This document shows, one piece after another, positions 26,243-35,497 of a DNA stretch of 64,000 nt; the first letter of the stretch is position 1; each line of letters starts with the position of its first letter. The stretch lies in NCBI GenBank assembly GCA_022530585.1, contig CP092821.1:753931-817930 (forward strand), written 5' to 3'. Made by a program: the position numbers and the translations under genes. Origin of the DNA: Candidatus Nealsonbacteria bacterium DGGOD1a. GTDB taxonomy: Bacteria > Patescibacteriota > Minisyncoccia > Minisyncoccales > UBA5738. A model generated the notes under the pieces. That model had not been told where the DNA came from. It ran no database searches and saw only the letters and a list, made by a program, of their open reading frames with translations.

Positions 26243-26788
26243 TTATTTCGCGCCGGCGGCCGCTTTCTTGCCAACCTTCTTGCGCACCTTTTCGCCGACA
26301 TAACGGATTCCTTTGCCTTTATAGGGCTCCGGCGGCCGAACCCGGCGAATCTGCGCCGCCACCTTGGAAACCAGTTCTTTGTCGCAACCCGACACGCTGA
26401 TAATATTTTTTTCAACTTTAAAAACAACTCCCGGTTCGGCATTGATCGCGACCGGATGGGAAAATCCCATATTCAAAACCAAACCCTTGCCTTCAATCGC
26501 CGCGCGGTACCCGATTCCCTCAATTTGCAATTGTTTGACGAAATCCTGCGTTACTCCCTGAACCATATTTGCCAAATGCATTCTGACCGTACCCCACATC
26601 GCGCGCGCAACCTTGCTTTCATTGGCGGGATTCACCGTTAAAACCGACGCTTCCTTGGTAATTAAAACCTCCGAACCGAAATCACGCGATAATTGCCCTT
26701 TCGGACCTTTTACCGTAATGTTCGCGCCGTCAATGGCGACATCGACTCCGGAAGGTATGATTATTGGTTTCTTGCCTATTCTGCTCAT
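26243..26788 (-). CDS. rplF: 50S ribosomal protein L6
   Basis: Start reset to MSRIGKKPIIIPSGV; the MRLRRRYFNFKLSK prefix of the track ORF is translated repeat. Confidence 0.9.
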   Translation of the reverse strand: MSRIGKKPIIIPSGVDVAIDGANITVKGPKGQLSRDFGSEVLITKEASVLTVNPANESKVARAMWGTVRMHLANMVQGVTQDFVKQLQIEGIGYRAAIEGKGLVLNMGFSHPVAINAEPGVVFKVEKNIISVSGCDKELVSKVAAQIRRVRPPEPYKGKGIRYVGEKVRKKVGKKAAAGAK

Positions 26789-26942
26789 TTTACTTAATTT
26801 AAAATTGAAATATCTGCGCCTGAGGCGCACCCGCCTCTGGCGGGAAAATGAAAATTTTTGGAATTGAAATTTTCAAAGAAAATTCCAACGACATATATCT
26901 TCCTTGATTTTGATCTTTGATTTTTAAACTTTTAATTTTCTA
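26789..26942. repeat. family A palindromic element, inverted orientation (rpsH-rplF spacer)
   Basis: ATCTGCGCCTGAGGCGCACCCGCCTCTGGCGGG...CTTCCTTGATTTTGATCTTTGATTTTTAAAC is the reverse complement of the 26092 copy. Confidence 0.85.
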
Positions 26943-27347
26943 TTACCAGATCTCGCAAAGCATTTCTCCGCCGATGTTCTGTTTCTTGGCTTCATATTCG
27001 GTCATCAATCCCTTGGAAGTCGTGATTATTCCTATGCCATGGCCCTGTTTCACTCTTTTGATATCGCTCGCGGCCACATAAACCCTCAAACCCGGCTTGG
27101 AAACCTTTTTGTAACCCGAAATTGCCGGAATTTTATTCGTGTATTTCAACGAAATCTCCAGGCAAGGATGCGTTTTGCCGGTCTTTTTTATTTTCCGGCT
27201 CTTTTTTTCCACGCCCGCGACAAGCCCTTTTCTTTCCAGAATTTTGGCAATGGCGTATTTTATGCTCGAATACGGCACCGCCACCAACGGCTTTTCCACC
27301 GCCTGCGCGTTGCGGATCATTGTTAACATATTTGCGACTGTATCCAT
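26943..27347 (-). CDS. rpsH: 30S ribosomal protein S8
   Basis: 134 aa; MDTVANMLTMIRNAQAV. Confidence 0.9.
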   Translation of the reverse strand: MDTVANMLTMIRNAQAVEKPLVAVPYSSIKYAIAKILERKGLVAGVEKKSRKIKKTGKTHPCLEISLKYTNKIPAISGYKKVSKPGLRVYVAASDIKRVKQGHGIGIITTSKGLMTEYEAKKQNIGGEMLCEIW

Positions 27348-27381
27348 GTTTCAAATTTAAAATTTAACTTTTAATTTTTTA

Positions 27382-27567
27382 TTACCAGCTGCTTTTCGTC
27401 ACCCCCGGAATCAAACCTTTGTTGGCCGCCTCGCGGAAACAAATCCGGCATAAACCGAATTTCCTCATATAGCCGTGCTTTCTGCCGCACTTAAAACATC
27501 TGCGCACGACCCTTGATTTGAATTTGGGAGTCCTTTTTGATTTGGCGATTTGTGCTTTTGTTGCCAT
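27382..27567 (-). CDS. rpsN: 30S ribosomal protein S14, zinc-ribbon (type Z) form
   Basis: 61 aa; [23 protein letters not shown] (CxxC...CxxC). Confidence 0.9.
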   Translation of the reverse strand: MATKAQIAKSKRTPKFKSRVVRRCFKCGRKHGYMRKFGLCRICFREAANKGLIPGVTKSSW

Positions 27568-27605
27568 ATTAATAATTCAAAATGTAAAATTTGATTTTTC
27601 AACTT

Positions 27606-28166
27606 TTAACTTTCTCTGATCGGGAATTTAAGAAGTTTGAACAGAGCCGCGCCTTCTTCCTTGGTTTCCGCGGTCGTCACTACCGTAATTTCAAAACTGA
27701 AAATAAAATTTATTTTTTCCGGCGAAATCTCCGGAAACGCGATATGTTCTTTTATGCCAAAGGTCAAATTGCCGGCCTGATCGATCCCTTTCGGGGGAAT
27801 ACCCTGAAAATCGCGCGACCGGGGCAAGGCCACCGTGATCACTCTTTCCAAAAAATCATACATTTTACCGCGCCGCAAAGTCGATTTGGCGCCGATATTC
27901 TGGCCTTCGCGGATCTTAAAACTCGAAATTGAGTTCTTCGCCTGCGTTACCATCGCTTTCTGGCCGCAAATTTGGGTAAGGTCGCGGGCAACCGCTTCCT
28001 GAATTTTTTTCTGTTCATCCTTGGTTTTGCCCGAAACCAAACGGCCAAAACCGCAGTTGACCACAACTTTTTCAATCTTGGGAACCTCCATTTCGTTGCG
28101 ATAGCCGAACTGCTTCATCATTGCCGGCACCGCTTCCTTTTTATATTTTTCCAATAAATAAGCCAT
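27606..28166 (-). CDS. rplE: 50S ribosomal protein L5
   Basis: 186 aa; in the canonical position, with the SFKIREGQNIGAKSTLRR motif. Confidence 0.9.
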   Translation of the reverse strand: MAYLLEKYKKEAVPAMMKQFGYRNEMEVPKIEKVVVNCGFGRLVSGKTKDEQKKIQEAVARDLTQICGQKAMVTQAKNSISSFKIREGQNIGAKSTLRRGKMYDFLERVITVALPRSRDFQGIPPKGIDQAGNLTFGIKEHIAFPEISPEKINFIFSFEITVVTTAETKEEGAALFKLLKFPIRES

Positions 28167-28323
28167 AAACTCTAATAAAATCCGAAATACGAATTACGAA
28201 ATCCGAAACAAATTTAAATTTTCAAAATTATAATGTTCAAAACGGATAATTAGATTCGTTTTGAAATTTGAAAATTCGTGCTTGTTTCGAATTTCGAATT
28301 TCGATATTCGATATTTGCATCTT
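28167..28323. repeat. palindromic intergenic element, family B (CGAAATCCGAAAC / GTTTCGAATTTCG arms)
   Basis: ACGAAATCCGAAACAAATTTAAATTTTCAAAATTATAATGTTCAAAACGG...GAAAATTCGTGCTTGTTTCGAATTTCGA. Siblings at 32097, 34202, 36800 and 39707. Confidence 0.85.
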
Positions 28324-28647
28324 CTATATCTCGGCCAGGCACTTTCTGCAAATCCTGACCGTCTTTTTGCCGCCATTCTCGCCGCCTTCGATCACTTTAT
28401 ATCCGACTCTCGCCGCCTTGCCGCATTTGGGACAAATAAGCTTCACATTGGACGCGTCGATGGATTTTGGCAAGGAAACGATCTGGCCCTTTTGCCCCTG
28501 TTGTCTCGGTTTTTGGCTTTTTTTGGCGATATTCACGCCCTCCACCACGATCCGCCCGTTCTTGGGCAACGCCGTCAAAACCTTTCCGGTCTTGGCGCGG
28601 TCTTTCCCGGATATCACCAACACATTGTCGCCTTTAATTATCTTCAT
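28324..28647 (-). CDS. rplX: 50S ribosomal protein L24
   Basis: 107 aa; MKIIKGDNVLVISGKDRAKTGKV (KOW motif). The C-terminal CPKCGK...CRKC zinc-ribbon-like tail is noteworthy. Confidence 0.9.
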   Translation of the reverse strand: MKIIKGDNVLVISGKDRAKTGKVLTALPKNGRIVVEGVNIAKKSQKPRQQGQKGQIVSLPKSIDASNVKLICPKCGKAARVGYKVIEGGENGGKKTVRICRKCLAEI

Positions 28648-28737
28648 ATATAAACTTTAAGCGTAAGGCGAAAAGTGTAAAGTAAGAATTCGAACCCGTA
28701 TTTTTACTTTGCACTTTGCGCTTTTAACTTTGCACTT
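28648..28737. repeat. palindromic intergenic element, family C (AAGCGTAAGG / CTTTGCGCTT arms)
   Basis: AAGCGTAAGGCGAAAAGTGTAAAGTAAGAATTCGAACCCGTATTTTTACTTTGCACTTTGCGCTTTTAAC; sibling at 32984-33062. Confidence 0.75.
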
Positions 28738-29109
28738 TTATACCAGTTCTTCGGCCAACGCCGCCACTTTATCGTAACCCTTCTCTTTTAATTCCTTGGC
28801 AACCGGTCCAAAAATCCTTCCGCCTTTGGGTTCCATTGTCTTGCCTTCCAAAACCACGCAGGCGTTGTCGTCGAAGCGCACATATGTGCCGTCTTGGCGT
28901 TTGTACTCTTTTTTCTGCCGAATGATCACCACCCGCACTTTTTCGTGTTTCTTAACCATCTTGCGCGGATCGGCTTCTTTGACCGCGGCCATTACCACAT
29001 CGCCCACCGCCGCGTACCGCCGGCGCGTACCGCCGGACACATGAAAACACTGGACGATCCTTGCCCCTGTGTTATCCGCGACCTTAAGCATTGTTCGAAG
29101 TTGAATCAT
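28738..29109 (-). CDS. rplN: 50S ribosomal protein L14
   Basis: Start reset to MIQLRTMLKVADNTGAR. Confidence 0.9.
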   Translation of the reverse strand: MIQLRTMLKVADNTGARIVQCFHVSGGTRRRYAAVGDVVMAAVKEADPRKMVKKHEKVRVVIIRQKKEYKRQDGTYVRFDDNACVVLEGKTMEPKGGRIFGPVAKELKEKGYDKVAALAEELV

Positions 29110-29196
29110 ATTAATATCGCCTCTTTTCGGCGTCTGAATAATCAAAGTTTAAAACGGAGTAATTGTACTATAAAAATTAAAAAAATGCAACCCTGC

Positions 29197-29469
29197 CTAC
29201 TCGGCGGTTTTAACTTCTTTTTCTTCCGCCTTGGCCGCGGCGATCTTTCCGGCCACTTTCCAGCGCTTATCGGCCGACATCGGACGGCATTCCTCGATCA
29301 CCACCGCGTCGCCAATCTTGTATTCGCCGGTCTCGCAATGAGCTTTATATTTCTTGCTCACCTTATACCGTTTGTGGTATTTCGGATGTTCCTTTAAACG
29401 CTCGACCAAAACCACCACGGTTTTAGCCATTTTGTCGGACACGACTTTTCCTGTTAATTGATGCTTCAT
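29197..29469 (-). CDS. rpsQ: 30S ribosomal protein S17
   Basis: 90 aa; [20 protein letters not shown]. Confidence 0.9.
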   Translation of the reverse strand: MKHQLTGKVVSDKMAKTVVVLVERLKEHPKYHKRYKVSKKYKAHCETGEYKIGDAVVIEECRPMSADKRWKVAGKIAAAKAEEKEVKTAE

Positions 29470-29577
29470 ATCTAATTCAAAATTTAAATATCAAAATGTA
29501 AAATTGTTGTGTTGAAATTTTCCTTGAAAATTTTAACTATATATCTTCCTTGATTTTGATCTTTGATTTTTTAACTT
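29470..29577. repeat. family A variant lacking the GC double hairpin (rpmC-rpsQ spacer)
   Basis: AATTCAAAATTTAAATATCAAAATGTAAAATTGTTGTGTTGAAATT...CTTCCTTGATTTTGATCTTTGATTTTTTAAC; nearly the same as 30396-30512. Confidence 0.75.
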
Positions 29578-29769
29578 TTAATTTTCTATGGTTTCGTTTT
29601 GCAAAGTTTTTATTCGCGCGACATCCAGCTTTATCTGCCGGACTTCTTTCAAATTCTTCACTTTGCCCGCCGACAAATCAAATCTCAACTCGGCCAGCTT
29701 GGCAAGTTTTTCATCCAGTATCACGGCTAATTCTTGTTTATTTTTTTGGCGCAATTCGGAAGTTTTCAT
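29578..29769 (-). CDS. rpmC: 50S ribosomal protein L29
   Basis: Start reset to MKTSELRQKNKQELAVILDEKLAKLAELRF. The upstream 38 codons of the track ORF lie in a palindrome. Confidence 0.85.
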   Translation of the reverse strand: MKTSELRQKNKQELAVILDEKLAKLAELRFDLSAGKVKNLKEVRQIKLDVARIKTLQNETIEN

Positions 29770-29972
29770 TTTATGTGATTTCAATATGCTTAGGGCTCTT
29801 CCACAAATAAGTTCCTTAGATTGGTTATCAGATTTGTCCCAGATTTCGTTTTTTCCGACCGAGCAAGATTTGAGATGTAGCAATGGCTACATTGAAAATC
29901 TTGCGACCGAAGAAAAACGAAAGATGGGGCGAATATGGAAGCAAGATGGGGAAGTTATTTGTGGAAAAGACC
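29770..29972. repeat. single-copy ~200-nt long imperfect palindrome filling the rplP-rpmC spacer
   Basis: On the coding strand the outer arms CTTTTCCACAAATAACTTCC / GGAACTTATTTGTGGAAGAG pair. The inner arms TTTCGTTTTTCTTCGGTCGCAAGATTTTCAATGTAGC / GCTACATCTCAAATCTTGCTCGGTCGGAAAAAACGAAA pair around a CATT loop. Confidence 0.8.
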
Positions 29973-30395
29973 TTAGAATTCTTTTTTGACAAATCTGGTT
30001 TTGATCGGCAATTTATCGCCGGCTTTCTCAAGCGCCTCGCGGGCGATATCTTCTTTAACGCCATCCAGCTCGAACATCAAGCGTCCGGGTTTCACCACAA
30101 AAGCGTAATGGTCGACTCCTCCCTTGCCGCCGCCCAAAGGCACTTCTTCGCCTTTGCTGGTTACCGGCTTGTCCGGGAATATTCTGATCCAAAGCTTGCC
30201 GCCCTTCTTCAAATATCTTAAAATCGCCCGGCGGCCCGCCTCGATCTGGCGCGAAGAAATCCATTTTTCCTCAAGCGCTTTCAAACCGAAACTGCCGTAA
30301 TTCAACTCGGCTCCGCGGTACGAAAGACCGATACCGCGGCGGCGGCCCTTCTGCCATTTGCGATGCTTAACTTTTTTCGGCATTAAAATCGACAT
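29973..30395 (-). CDS. rplP: 50S ribosomal protein L16
   Basis: 140 aa; [17 protein letters not shown]. Confidence 0.9.
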   Translation of the reverse strand: MSILMPKKVKHRKWQKGRRRGIGLSYRGAELNYGSFGLKALEEKWISSRQIEAGRRAILRYLKKGGKLWIRIFPDKPVTSKGEEVPLGGGKGGVDHYAFVVKPGRLMFELDGVKEDIAREALEKAGDKLPIKTRFVKKEF

Positions 30396-30512
30396 ACTGA
30401 TAATTCAAAATTTAAATATCAAAATGCAAGATTGTTGTGTTGAAATTGTTTACAATTTCAACGATATATATTTTCCTTAATTTTGATCTTTGATTTTTTA
30501 ACTTTTAATTTT
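30396..30512. repeat. family A variant lacking the GC double hairpin (rpsC-rplP spacer)
   Basis: AATTCAAAATTTAAATATCAAAATGCAAGATTGTTGTGTTGAAATTG...TTTTCCTTAATTTTGATCTTTGATTTTTTAAC. Confidence 0.75.
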
Positions 30513-31175
30513 TTACAGCTTTTCCCCTTTGTACACCCACACTTTTATTCCGATAACGCCGTAGGTGCAATGCGCTTCGGTCAGCTCGTAATCAATATCG
30601 GCCCTAATGGTTTGCCGCGGCAAACGCCCCTTGCCAAGCCACGCCGTGCGCGCGATTTCAACACCGTTCAACCTTCCCGCCACCTGAACCCTCACTCCCT
30701 GCACATCCCGCGAACCCATAGCCTTCTCTATCGATTGTTTCAGAACCTTCAAATAAGGCATCCGCTTCTCGATTTGCGCCGCGATTGATTGGCCGATATA
30801 AGCCGCCGACGCCCAAGGATTCGTGATTTCTCTGATTTCAACGCGCAAATCCGCGCCGTTCTTTTTTGTTTTGCCGGTTTTCGCGCCCTTGAAAATCAAT
30901 TTCTCCAATTTCTTCCGCAACTCCTCGATCCCTTGCCCCTGGCGGCCGATAATAAGACCCGGGCGCACGCATGAAATTATCACATTCATTTTGCCGGGAA
31001 ACCGGTCGATCTCGACCTCGGAAATGCCGATGCCCGCGAGGCGCTTGTGAAGGAATTGGCGTATCAGAAAATCTTCTTCCAACATCGCGGGAAATTTCTT
31101 TTCGTAATAACCGCGGGAATACCATCCCGAGCTATCTTTTATTCTGAATCCTTTTGGGTGAACCTTGTGAGCCAT
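30513..31175 (-). CDS. rpsC: 30S ribosomal protein S3
   Basis: Start reset to MAHKVHPKGFRIK; the MRLRRRYLNFKFAI prefix of the track ORF is translated repeat. Confidence 0.9.
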   Translation of the reverse strand: MAHKVHPKGFRIKDSSGWYSRGYYEKKFPAMLEEDFLIRQFLHKRLAGIGISEVEIDRFPGKMNVIISCVRPGLIIGRQGQGIEELRKKLEKLIFKGAKTGKTKKNGADLRVEIREITNPWASAAYIGQSIAAQIEKRMPYLKVLKQSIEKAMGSRDVQGVRVQVAGRLNGVEIARTAWLGKGRLPRQTIRADIDYELTEAHCTYGVIGIKVWVYKGEKL

Positions 31176-31283
31176 AATAGCAAATTTAAAATTTAAATAT
31201 CTGCGCCTGAGGCGCACCCGCCTCTGGCGGGAAAATAAAAATTATCGATTTAAAATTTTTCTTTGAAAAATTTCGATATATAA
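31176..31283. repeat. family A palindromic element, inverted orientation (rplV-rpsC spacer)
   Basis: ATCTGCGCCTGAGGCGCACCCGCCTCTGGCGGGAAAATAAAAATT...TTGATTTTGATTTTTGATTTTTCAAC. Confidence 0.85.
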
Positions 31284-31652
31284 TTATTCTTTGATTTTGA
31301 TTTTTGATTTTTCAACTTTTAACTTTTCTTTAAGTATCATCGTGATATGGGCCGTTCTTTTTTGCAGTTTGTCGGCGCGGCCGCGCGATCTGGGAAAAAC
31401 TCTTTCCGACATCGGGCCGTCGTTGACCATCAATCGATCAATATAAAAATTATTCGGATCCAATTTATAAGTATTCTTCGCCGTCGCCATTGCCGATTGC
31501 AAAAGCTTCAATATCGGCAAACTGGCCTTCTTGGCGGTAAATCTCAAAATCGCTTCGGCCTCGGTCGTCGATTTATATCTCACCAGATCCGCCACCATCC
31601 TCACTTTCCGGGCGGTGATCTTTAAATTTCGTAATTTTACCGTGATTGCCAT
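31284..31652 (-). CDS. rplV: 50S ribosomal protein L22
   Basis: 122 aa; LKITARKVRMVADLVRYKSTTEAEAILRF. Confidence 0.9.
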   Translation of the reverse strand: MAITVKLRNLKITARKVRMVADLVRYKSTTEAEAILRFTAKKASLPILKLLQSAMATAKNTYKLDPNNFYIDRLMVNDGPMSERVFPRSRGRADKLQKRTAHITMILKEKLKVEKSKIKIKE

Positions 31653-31775
31653 ATTAATAAATCAAAATTTAAATATCTGCGCCTGAGGCGCACCCGCCTC
31701 TGGCGGGAAAATGAAAATTTTAACGATATATTATTCCTTGATTTTGATTTTTCAGCTTTTAGCTTCGCGCTTTCT
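31653..31775. repeat. family A palindromic element, inverted orientation (rpsS-rplV spacer)
   Basis: ATCTGCGCCTGAGGCGCACCCGCCTCTGGCGGGAAAATGAAAATTTTAACGATATATT... Confidence 0.85.
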
Positions 31776-32096
31776 CTATTTCTTCTTTGTCGATGCCGCG
31801 ACGGTTGCCGCTCCGGCGCTCGCCTGCTTGGCTTCAAGATCCTTTTGCATCTTCCCGCCGTGGCGATGGAATTTGGTCGTCGGAGAAAATTCTCCCAGCT
31901 TATGCCCCACCATTTCTTCATTGGGCTTGACCGAAATGAATTCTTTGCCGTTATGAACCGCGAACGCCAGCCCGATCATTTCGGGAACAATCGTGCTCCG
32001 GCGCGACCAAGTCTTAATAACCGCGATGCCGCCCTTTTTGACTTTTTCCATTAACTTCTCGTCCACGAAAGGACCTTTTTTTAAGCTTCGTGCCAT
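31776..32096 (-). CDS. rpsS: 30S ribosomal protein S19 with a short Ala/Lys-rich C-terminal tail
   Basis: 106 aa; [15 protein letters not shown]. Confidence 0.9.
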   Translation of the reverse strand: MARSLKKGPFVDEKLMEKVKKGGIAVIKTWSRRSTIVPEMIGLAFAVHNGKEFISVKPNEEMVGHKLGEFSPTTKFHRHGGKMQKDLEAKQASAGAATVAASTKKK

Positions 32097-32209
32097 ATTT
32101 TTTCTAAATTTGAATATCGAATATCGAAATTCGAAATATGAAATTCAGTTTGATTATTTGAAAATTCGGGTTTGTTTCGGATTTCGTGCTTCGGATTTCG
32201 TGCTTTTAT
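32097..32209. repeat. family B palindromic element (rplB-rpsS spacer)
   Basis: GAATATCGAATATCGAAATTCGAAATATG...GAAAATTCGGGTTTGTTTCGGATTTCGTGCTTCGGATTTCG. Confidence 0.75.
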
Positions 32210-32983
32210 TTATTTCGCTCTTCGTTTAACAATTAACTTGCTGGTCCACTTTCTCGGATTGCGGGTCCGGACGCCCATTGCCGGTTTGCCCCACGGAGTC
32301 TTGGGATGCCTCAATCCGATACCCGTCCGTCCCTCGCCGCCGCCATGCGGATGGTCGCAGGGATTCATCACCGAACCGCGCACCGTCGGCCGCCATCCTT
32401 TCCTTCTCATCGCGCCCGCGGTATGATAATTCTCGAATCGGTATTCCGGATGCGAAGCCTTGCCGATCGACGCGTAACATTCCGCCGGCACTTTCCTCAC
32501 TTCTTTGGAAGGCATCTGCAATTGGACGAATTGGCCTTCGGTGGCCATCACCCGCGCCGCCGATCCGGCGGACCTTACCATCTTCCCGCCTTTTCCGGGC
32601 TGTAATTCGATATTAAAAACTTCGGTGCCGACCGGAATATTTTTCAACATTACGCGATTGCCGGTTTTAATCGCCGCGGTTTCGCCGCAAATGATGTCTG
32701 CCCCCGCCGCCAATTCGTCGGCCGCCAAAATATAGCGCCGGTCCCCGTCATCGTATTTCACCAATGCCAGATACGCGGTGCGGTTCGGATCGTATTCCAT
32801 GGCGATCACTTTTCCCGCGATTCCGAATTTTTCCTGTCCAAAATCAACCACGCGGTACATCCTTTTGACGCCGCTGCCGCGATGGCGAACCGTGATCCGA
32901 CCGGAAAAATTCCTGCCGGCCTTGCTTTTTAACGGCCTCAGCAAATGCTTTTCCGGCCTTTTTTTGGATAATTGGGTTTTCAT
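32210..32983 (-). CDS. rplB: 50S ribosomal protein L2
   Basis: 257 aa; GRITVRHRGSGVKRMYR ... MNPCDHPHGGGEGRT. Confidence 0.9.
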   Translation of the reverse strand: MKTQLSKKRPEKHLLRPLKSKAGRNFSGRITVRHRGSGVKRMYRVVDFGQEKFGIAGKVIAMEYDPNRTAYLALVKYDDGDRRYILAADELAAGADIICGETAAIKTGNRVMLKNIPVGTEVFNIELQPGKGGKMVRSAGSAARVMATEGQFVQLQMPSKEVRKVPAECYASIGKASHPEYRFENYHTAGAMRRKGWRPTVRGSVMNPCDHPHGGGEGRTGIGLRHPKTPWGKPAMGVRTRNPRKWTSKLIVKRRAK

Positions 32984-33062
32984 ATATAAACTTTAAGCGT
33001 AAAGGAAGAATTCGAATTCGTATTTTCACTTCGCGCTTTTCGCTTTTAGCTTCGCGCTTTTT
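32984..33062. repeat. family C palindromic element (rplW-rplB spacer)
   Basis: AAGCGTAAAGGAAGAATTCGAATTCGTATTTTCACTTCGCGCTTTTCGCTTTTAGCTTCGCGC. Confidence 0.7.
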
Positions 33063-33479
33063 CTATTTGGGCAAAACTTCAATGCTCTGGCCTTCCTTGA
33101 TTTTCACGATCGCCTTGCGATAGCCCGGTTCCGTGACAATTCCGCGGCCGCGCCGGCGCCGCTTGCCGGGGACATTCACCACATTCACGCCCGTGACTTC
33201 CACTCCGTAATAATTCCCAACCGCGCGGGCAACTTCTTTTTTGTTCGCGCCGCTTGCCACCTTGAAAACATACTGGTTGATTTTCACAAGCTTTGAAGCC
33301 TTTTCGGTCACATGCGCGTGTTCCAAAACCCGCATTGCCTGTCCGCTGACCTTGCGAACGGTTTTAACGCTCTCGCCCGTTTTGGCGGCGACGGCTTTTT
33401 TTTCTTTTTTTACCGCCGCGCCTTTTTTAACGCCGGAATATTTGCCGCCCTCTTTTTTGAATATGTCGGTGATTGCCAT
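33063..33479 (-). CDS. rplW: 50S ribosomal protein L23 with a ~40-aa Lys/Ala-rich N-terminal extension
   Basis: 138 aa. The core is HVTEKASKLVKINQYVFKVASGANKKEVARAV. Confidence 0.85.
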   Translation of the reverse strand: MAITDIFKKEGGKYSGVKKGAAVKKEKKAVAAKTGESVKTVRKVSGQAMRVLEHAHVTEKASKLVKINQYVFKVASGANKKEVARAVGNYYGVEVTGVNVVNVPGKRRRRGRGIVTEPGYRKAIVKIKEGQSIEVLPK

Positions 33480-33481
33480 AA

Positions 33482-34201
33482 CTATTTCTTTTTATTCACG
33501 GGTTTCTTCACGGTTTTGACGATCTTTACCGCTTCCTTTTTCTTGCTTTCGGCCGGCTTTTTGGCCGCGATCGCGCCAATATCGCTGATCGCTCCCACCG
33601 GCATCAACAAACATTTGGTATTCAACAAATCAAGAACATTGAGCTTGGCCGCTTCAATCGTTTTCACATCGGCAAGATTGCGGCTCGCCAAAATTTCGTT
33701 TTTGGCCGCCGCGGGCAATGCGATCATTATCTTTCCCTTTTTGAAATTATCGTTGACTTTTCTGACGCTTTCCAAAACTCGGAGCATTTCTTTGGTTTTG
33801 GGCTGGCTGACCGCCAAACTTTCCAAAAAGAACAGCGAATTGGCCGAAACTTTGGCCGTCAATATCATCGCCAAGGCTTTTCGTCTCATTTTCTTGTTGA
33901 TTTTTCCGCCGTAAATCTTTTCATTGGTCGGGCCAAAAACCACTCCTCCATGGCGCCATTGCGGCGATCTGATCGATCCCTGGCGCGCGCGGCCGGTACC
34001 CTTCTGCCTCCACGGTTTCTTGCCGCCGCCGGATACTTGGCCCCTGCCTTTCGTATGCGCCGTTGACTGCCGCCGGTTATTCATCTGGGTCGTCGCCACC
34101 TGATAAACCAAATCCCGGTTCATCTTGACTTCGAACAAATCTTTCGGAAGTTCAATCGTCCCCGCGGCTTCCCCTTTTTGATTGTATGTCGTAACTTGCA
34201 T
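33482..34201 (-). CDS. rplD: 50S ribosomal protein L4 with a Lys-rich C-terminal tail
   Basis: Start reset to MQVTTYNQKGEAAGTIELP; the upstream 44 codons of the track ORF lie in a family B repeat. Confidence 0.9.
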   Translation of the reverse strand: MQVTTYNQKGEAAGTIELPKDLFEVKMNRDLVYQVATTQMNNRRQSTAHTKGRGQVSGGGKKPWRQKGTGRARQGSIRSPQWRHGGVVFGPTNEKIYGGKINKKMRRKALAMILTAKVSANSLFFLESLAVSQPKTKEMLRVLESVRKVNDNFKKGKIMIALPAAAKNEILASRNLADVKTIEAAKLNVLDLLNTKCLLMPVGAISDIGAIAAKKPAESKKKEAVKIVKTVKKPVNKKK

Positions 34202-34354
34202 AAAACTTAATAATTTCGAATATCGAATGTTCGAAATCCGAAACAATTTTCTAATTTTCAAAATTCGAATGTTTAAAACTGGAATTCCGTTTCGGTCATT
34301 CGATATTTGAAAATTCGAATTTGTTTCGAACATTCGAATTTCGTGCTTCGGATT
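34202..34354. repeat. family B palindromic element (rplC-rplD spacer)
   Basis: TTCGAATATCGAATGTTCGAAATCCGAAACAATTTTC...GAAAATTCGAATTTGTTTCGAACATTCGAATTTCGTGCTTCGG. Confidence 0.8.
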
Positions 34355-34951
34355 TTATCCGCGTATTTCCAATAATGTTCCTTTTCTTCCCGGAACCGCG
34401 CCCAAAATTGCCATCAAATTCTTTTCCGCGTCAACCATCACGATTTTCAAATTTTTCACGGTAACCCGGTCAACGCCCATCCGTCCCGGCATCTTCTTCC
34501 CTTTGCGGATCGCCGCGCCGCCCATTCCCACCGAACCGACATTGCGCAATTCGTGCTTGGTACCGTGCGTGCAGGAAAGTCTTCCTTTAAAACCATGCTT
34601 TTTAACCGCCCCCTGGAAACCCTTGCCTTTGGAAAGGCCGGAAACTTTAATGACATCTCCCTCTTTGAAACTGTCCACCTTGACCGAATCGCCGGCTTTC
34701 AAATCCAAACCGCCGTCAACGCCCCGATATTCTTTAATGGTCCGAAACGGCTTTCCCGCCTGGCTCTTTTTGACGCGCTTTGAATCAATATCGCCAAATC
34801 CCAACTGCACCGCCGCGTAACCGTCGTTTTCCTTGGTCTTTAATTGCGTCACCCGGCAAGGTCCGGCCTCGATCATCGTAACCGGCATCCTTTTGCCGCC
34901 GGCGGCGAAGATCTCCGTCATTCCGATTTTTTTTCCTAAAATGAATTTCAT
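34355..34951 (-). CDS. rplC: 50S ribosomal protein L3
   Basis: 198 aa; MKFILGKKIGMTEIF ... KGKGFQGAVKKHGF. Confidence 0.9.
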   Translation of the reverse strand: MKFILGKKIGMTEIFAAGGKRMPVTMIEAGPCRVTQLKTKENDGYAAVQLGFGDIDSKRVKKSQAGKPFRTIKEYRGVDGGLDLKAGDSVKVDSFKEGDVIKVSGLSKGKGFQGAVKKHGFKGRLSCTHGTKHELRNVGSVGMGGAAIRKGKKMPGRMGVDRVTVKNLKIVMVDAEKNLMAILGAVPGRKGTLLEIRG

Positions 34952-35055
34952 GTTGGCAGTTTAACAATGGAAAACCGGGCATAGCCCGGTCCCAACTATG
35001 GCTATTTCTTTAATATTTGATTTCAATATACCGAATCCAAAAGCGATTATTACGA

Positions 35056-35406
35056 TTACATTTTAATCTCAATATCCACGCCCGCCGGCAAAGTGAGATT
35101 CCGAAGCGAATCAATGACCTTGGGCGTCGGATTCACGATGTCCAGCAAACGCTTGTGCACCCGAATCTCGAATTGCTCCCGCGCGTCTTTATGGACAAAT
35201 GTCGACCGGTTCACGGTGTATTTGTGAATCTCGATCGGAAGCGGTATCGGCCCAAGAATCTCGGCGCCATAACGATTTATCGTCTCAATGATCTGCTTGG
35301 TGCAATTATCAACCACCTTGTGATCGTATGCCCGAAGCTTAATCCTCAATTTGGGCCTGGAAGTTTCCTTGATCTCTTTATTTTTCTTTGTAATCGTTGA
35401 TGCCAT
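35056..35406 (-). CDS. rpsJ: 30S ribosomal protein S10
   Basis: 116 aa; LRIKLRAYDHKVVDNCTKQIIE ... RSTFVHKDAREQFE. Confidence 0.9.
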   Translation of the reverse strand: MASTITKKNKEIKETSRPKLRIKLRAYDHKVVDNCTKQIIETINRYGAEILGPIPLPIEIHKYTVNRSTFVHKDAREQFEIRVHKRLLDIVNPTPKVIDSLRNLTLPAGVDIEIKM

Positions 35407-35497
35407 TTGTCTGCAATTCCATTAAATTTGCTTTTGGAATTTCCTTTTAAAAGTTTTGTTAATCGCGAGATTAATCATACGCGATACCGGCTTTGGC

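Noticed and set aside
26789-26830. N-terminal extensions in the ORF track such as MRLRRRYFNFKLSK (rplF), MRLRRRYLNFKFAI (rpsC, 31176-31217) and MHFK... (rplR 26092-26112, iscS 14205-14228). Longer leaders precede secY (24200-24292), rplD (34202-34333), rpmC (29770-29883), fusA (39058-39081) and rplN (29110-29145).
   Set aside because: The same peptides appear in front of unrelated proteins because they are translations of the intergenic repeat elements. In every case an internal Met starts the conserved N-terminus, so I trimmed the starts.
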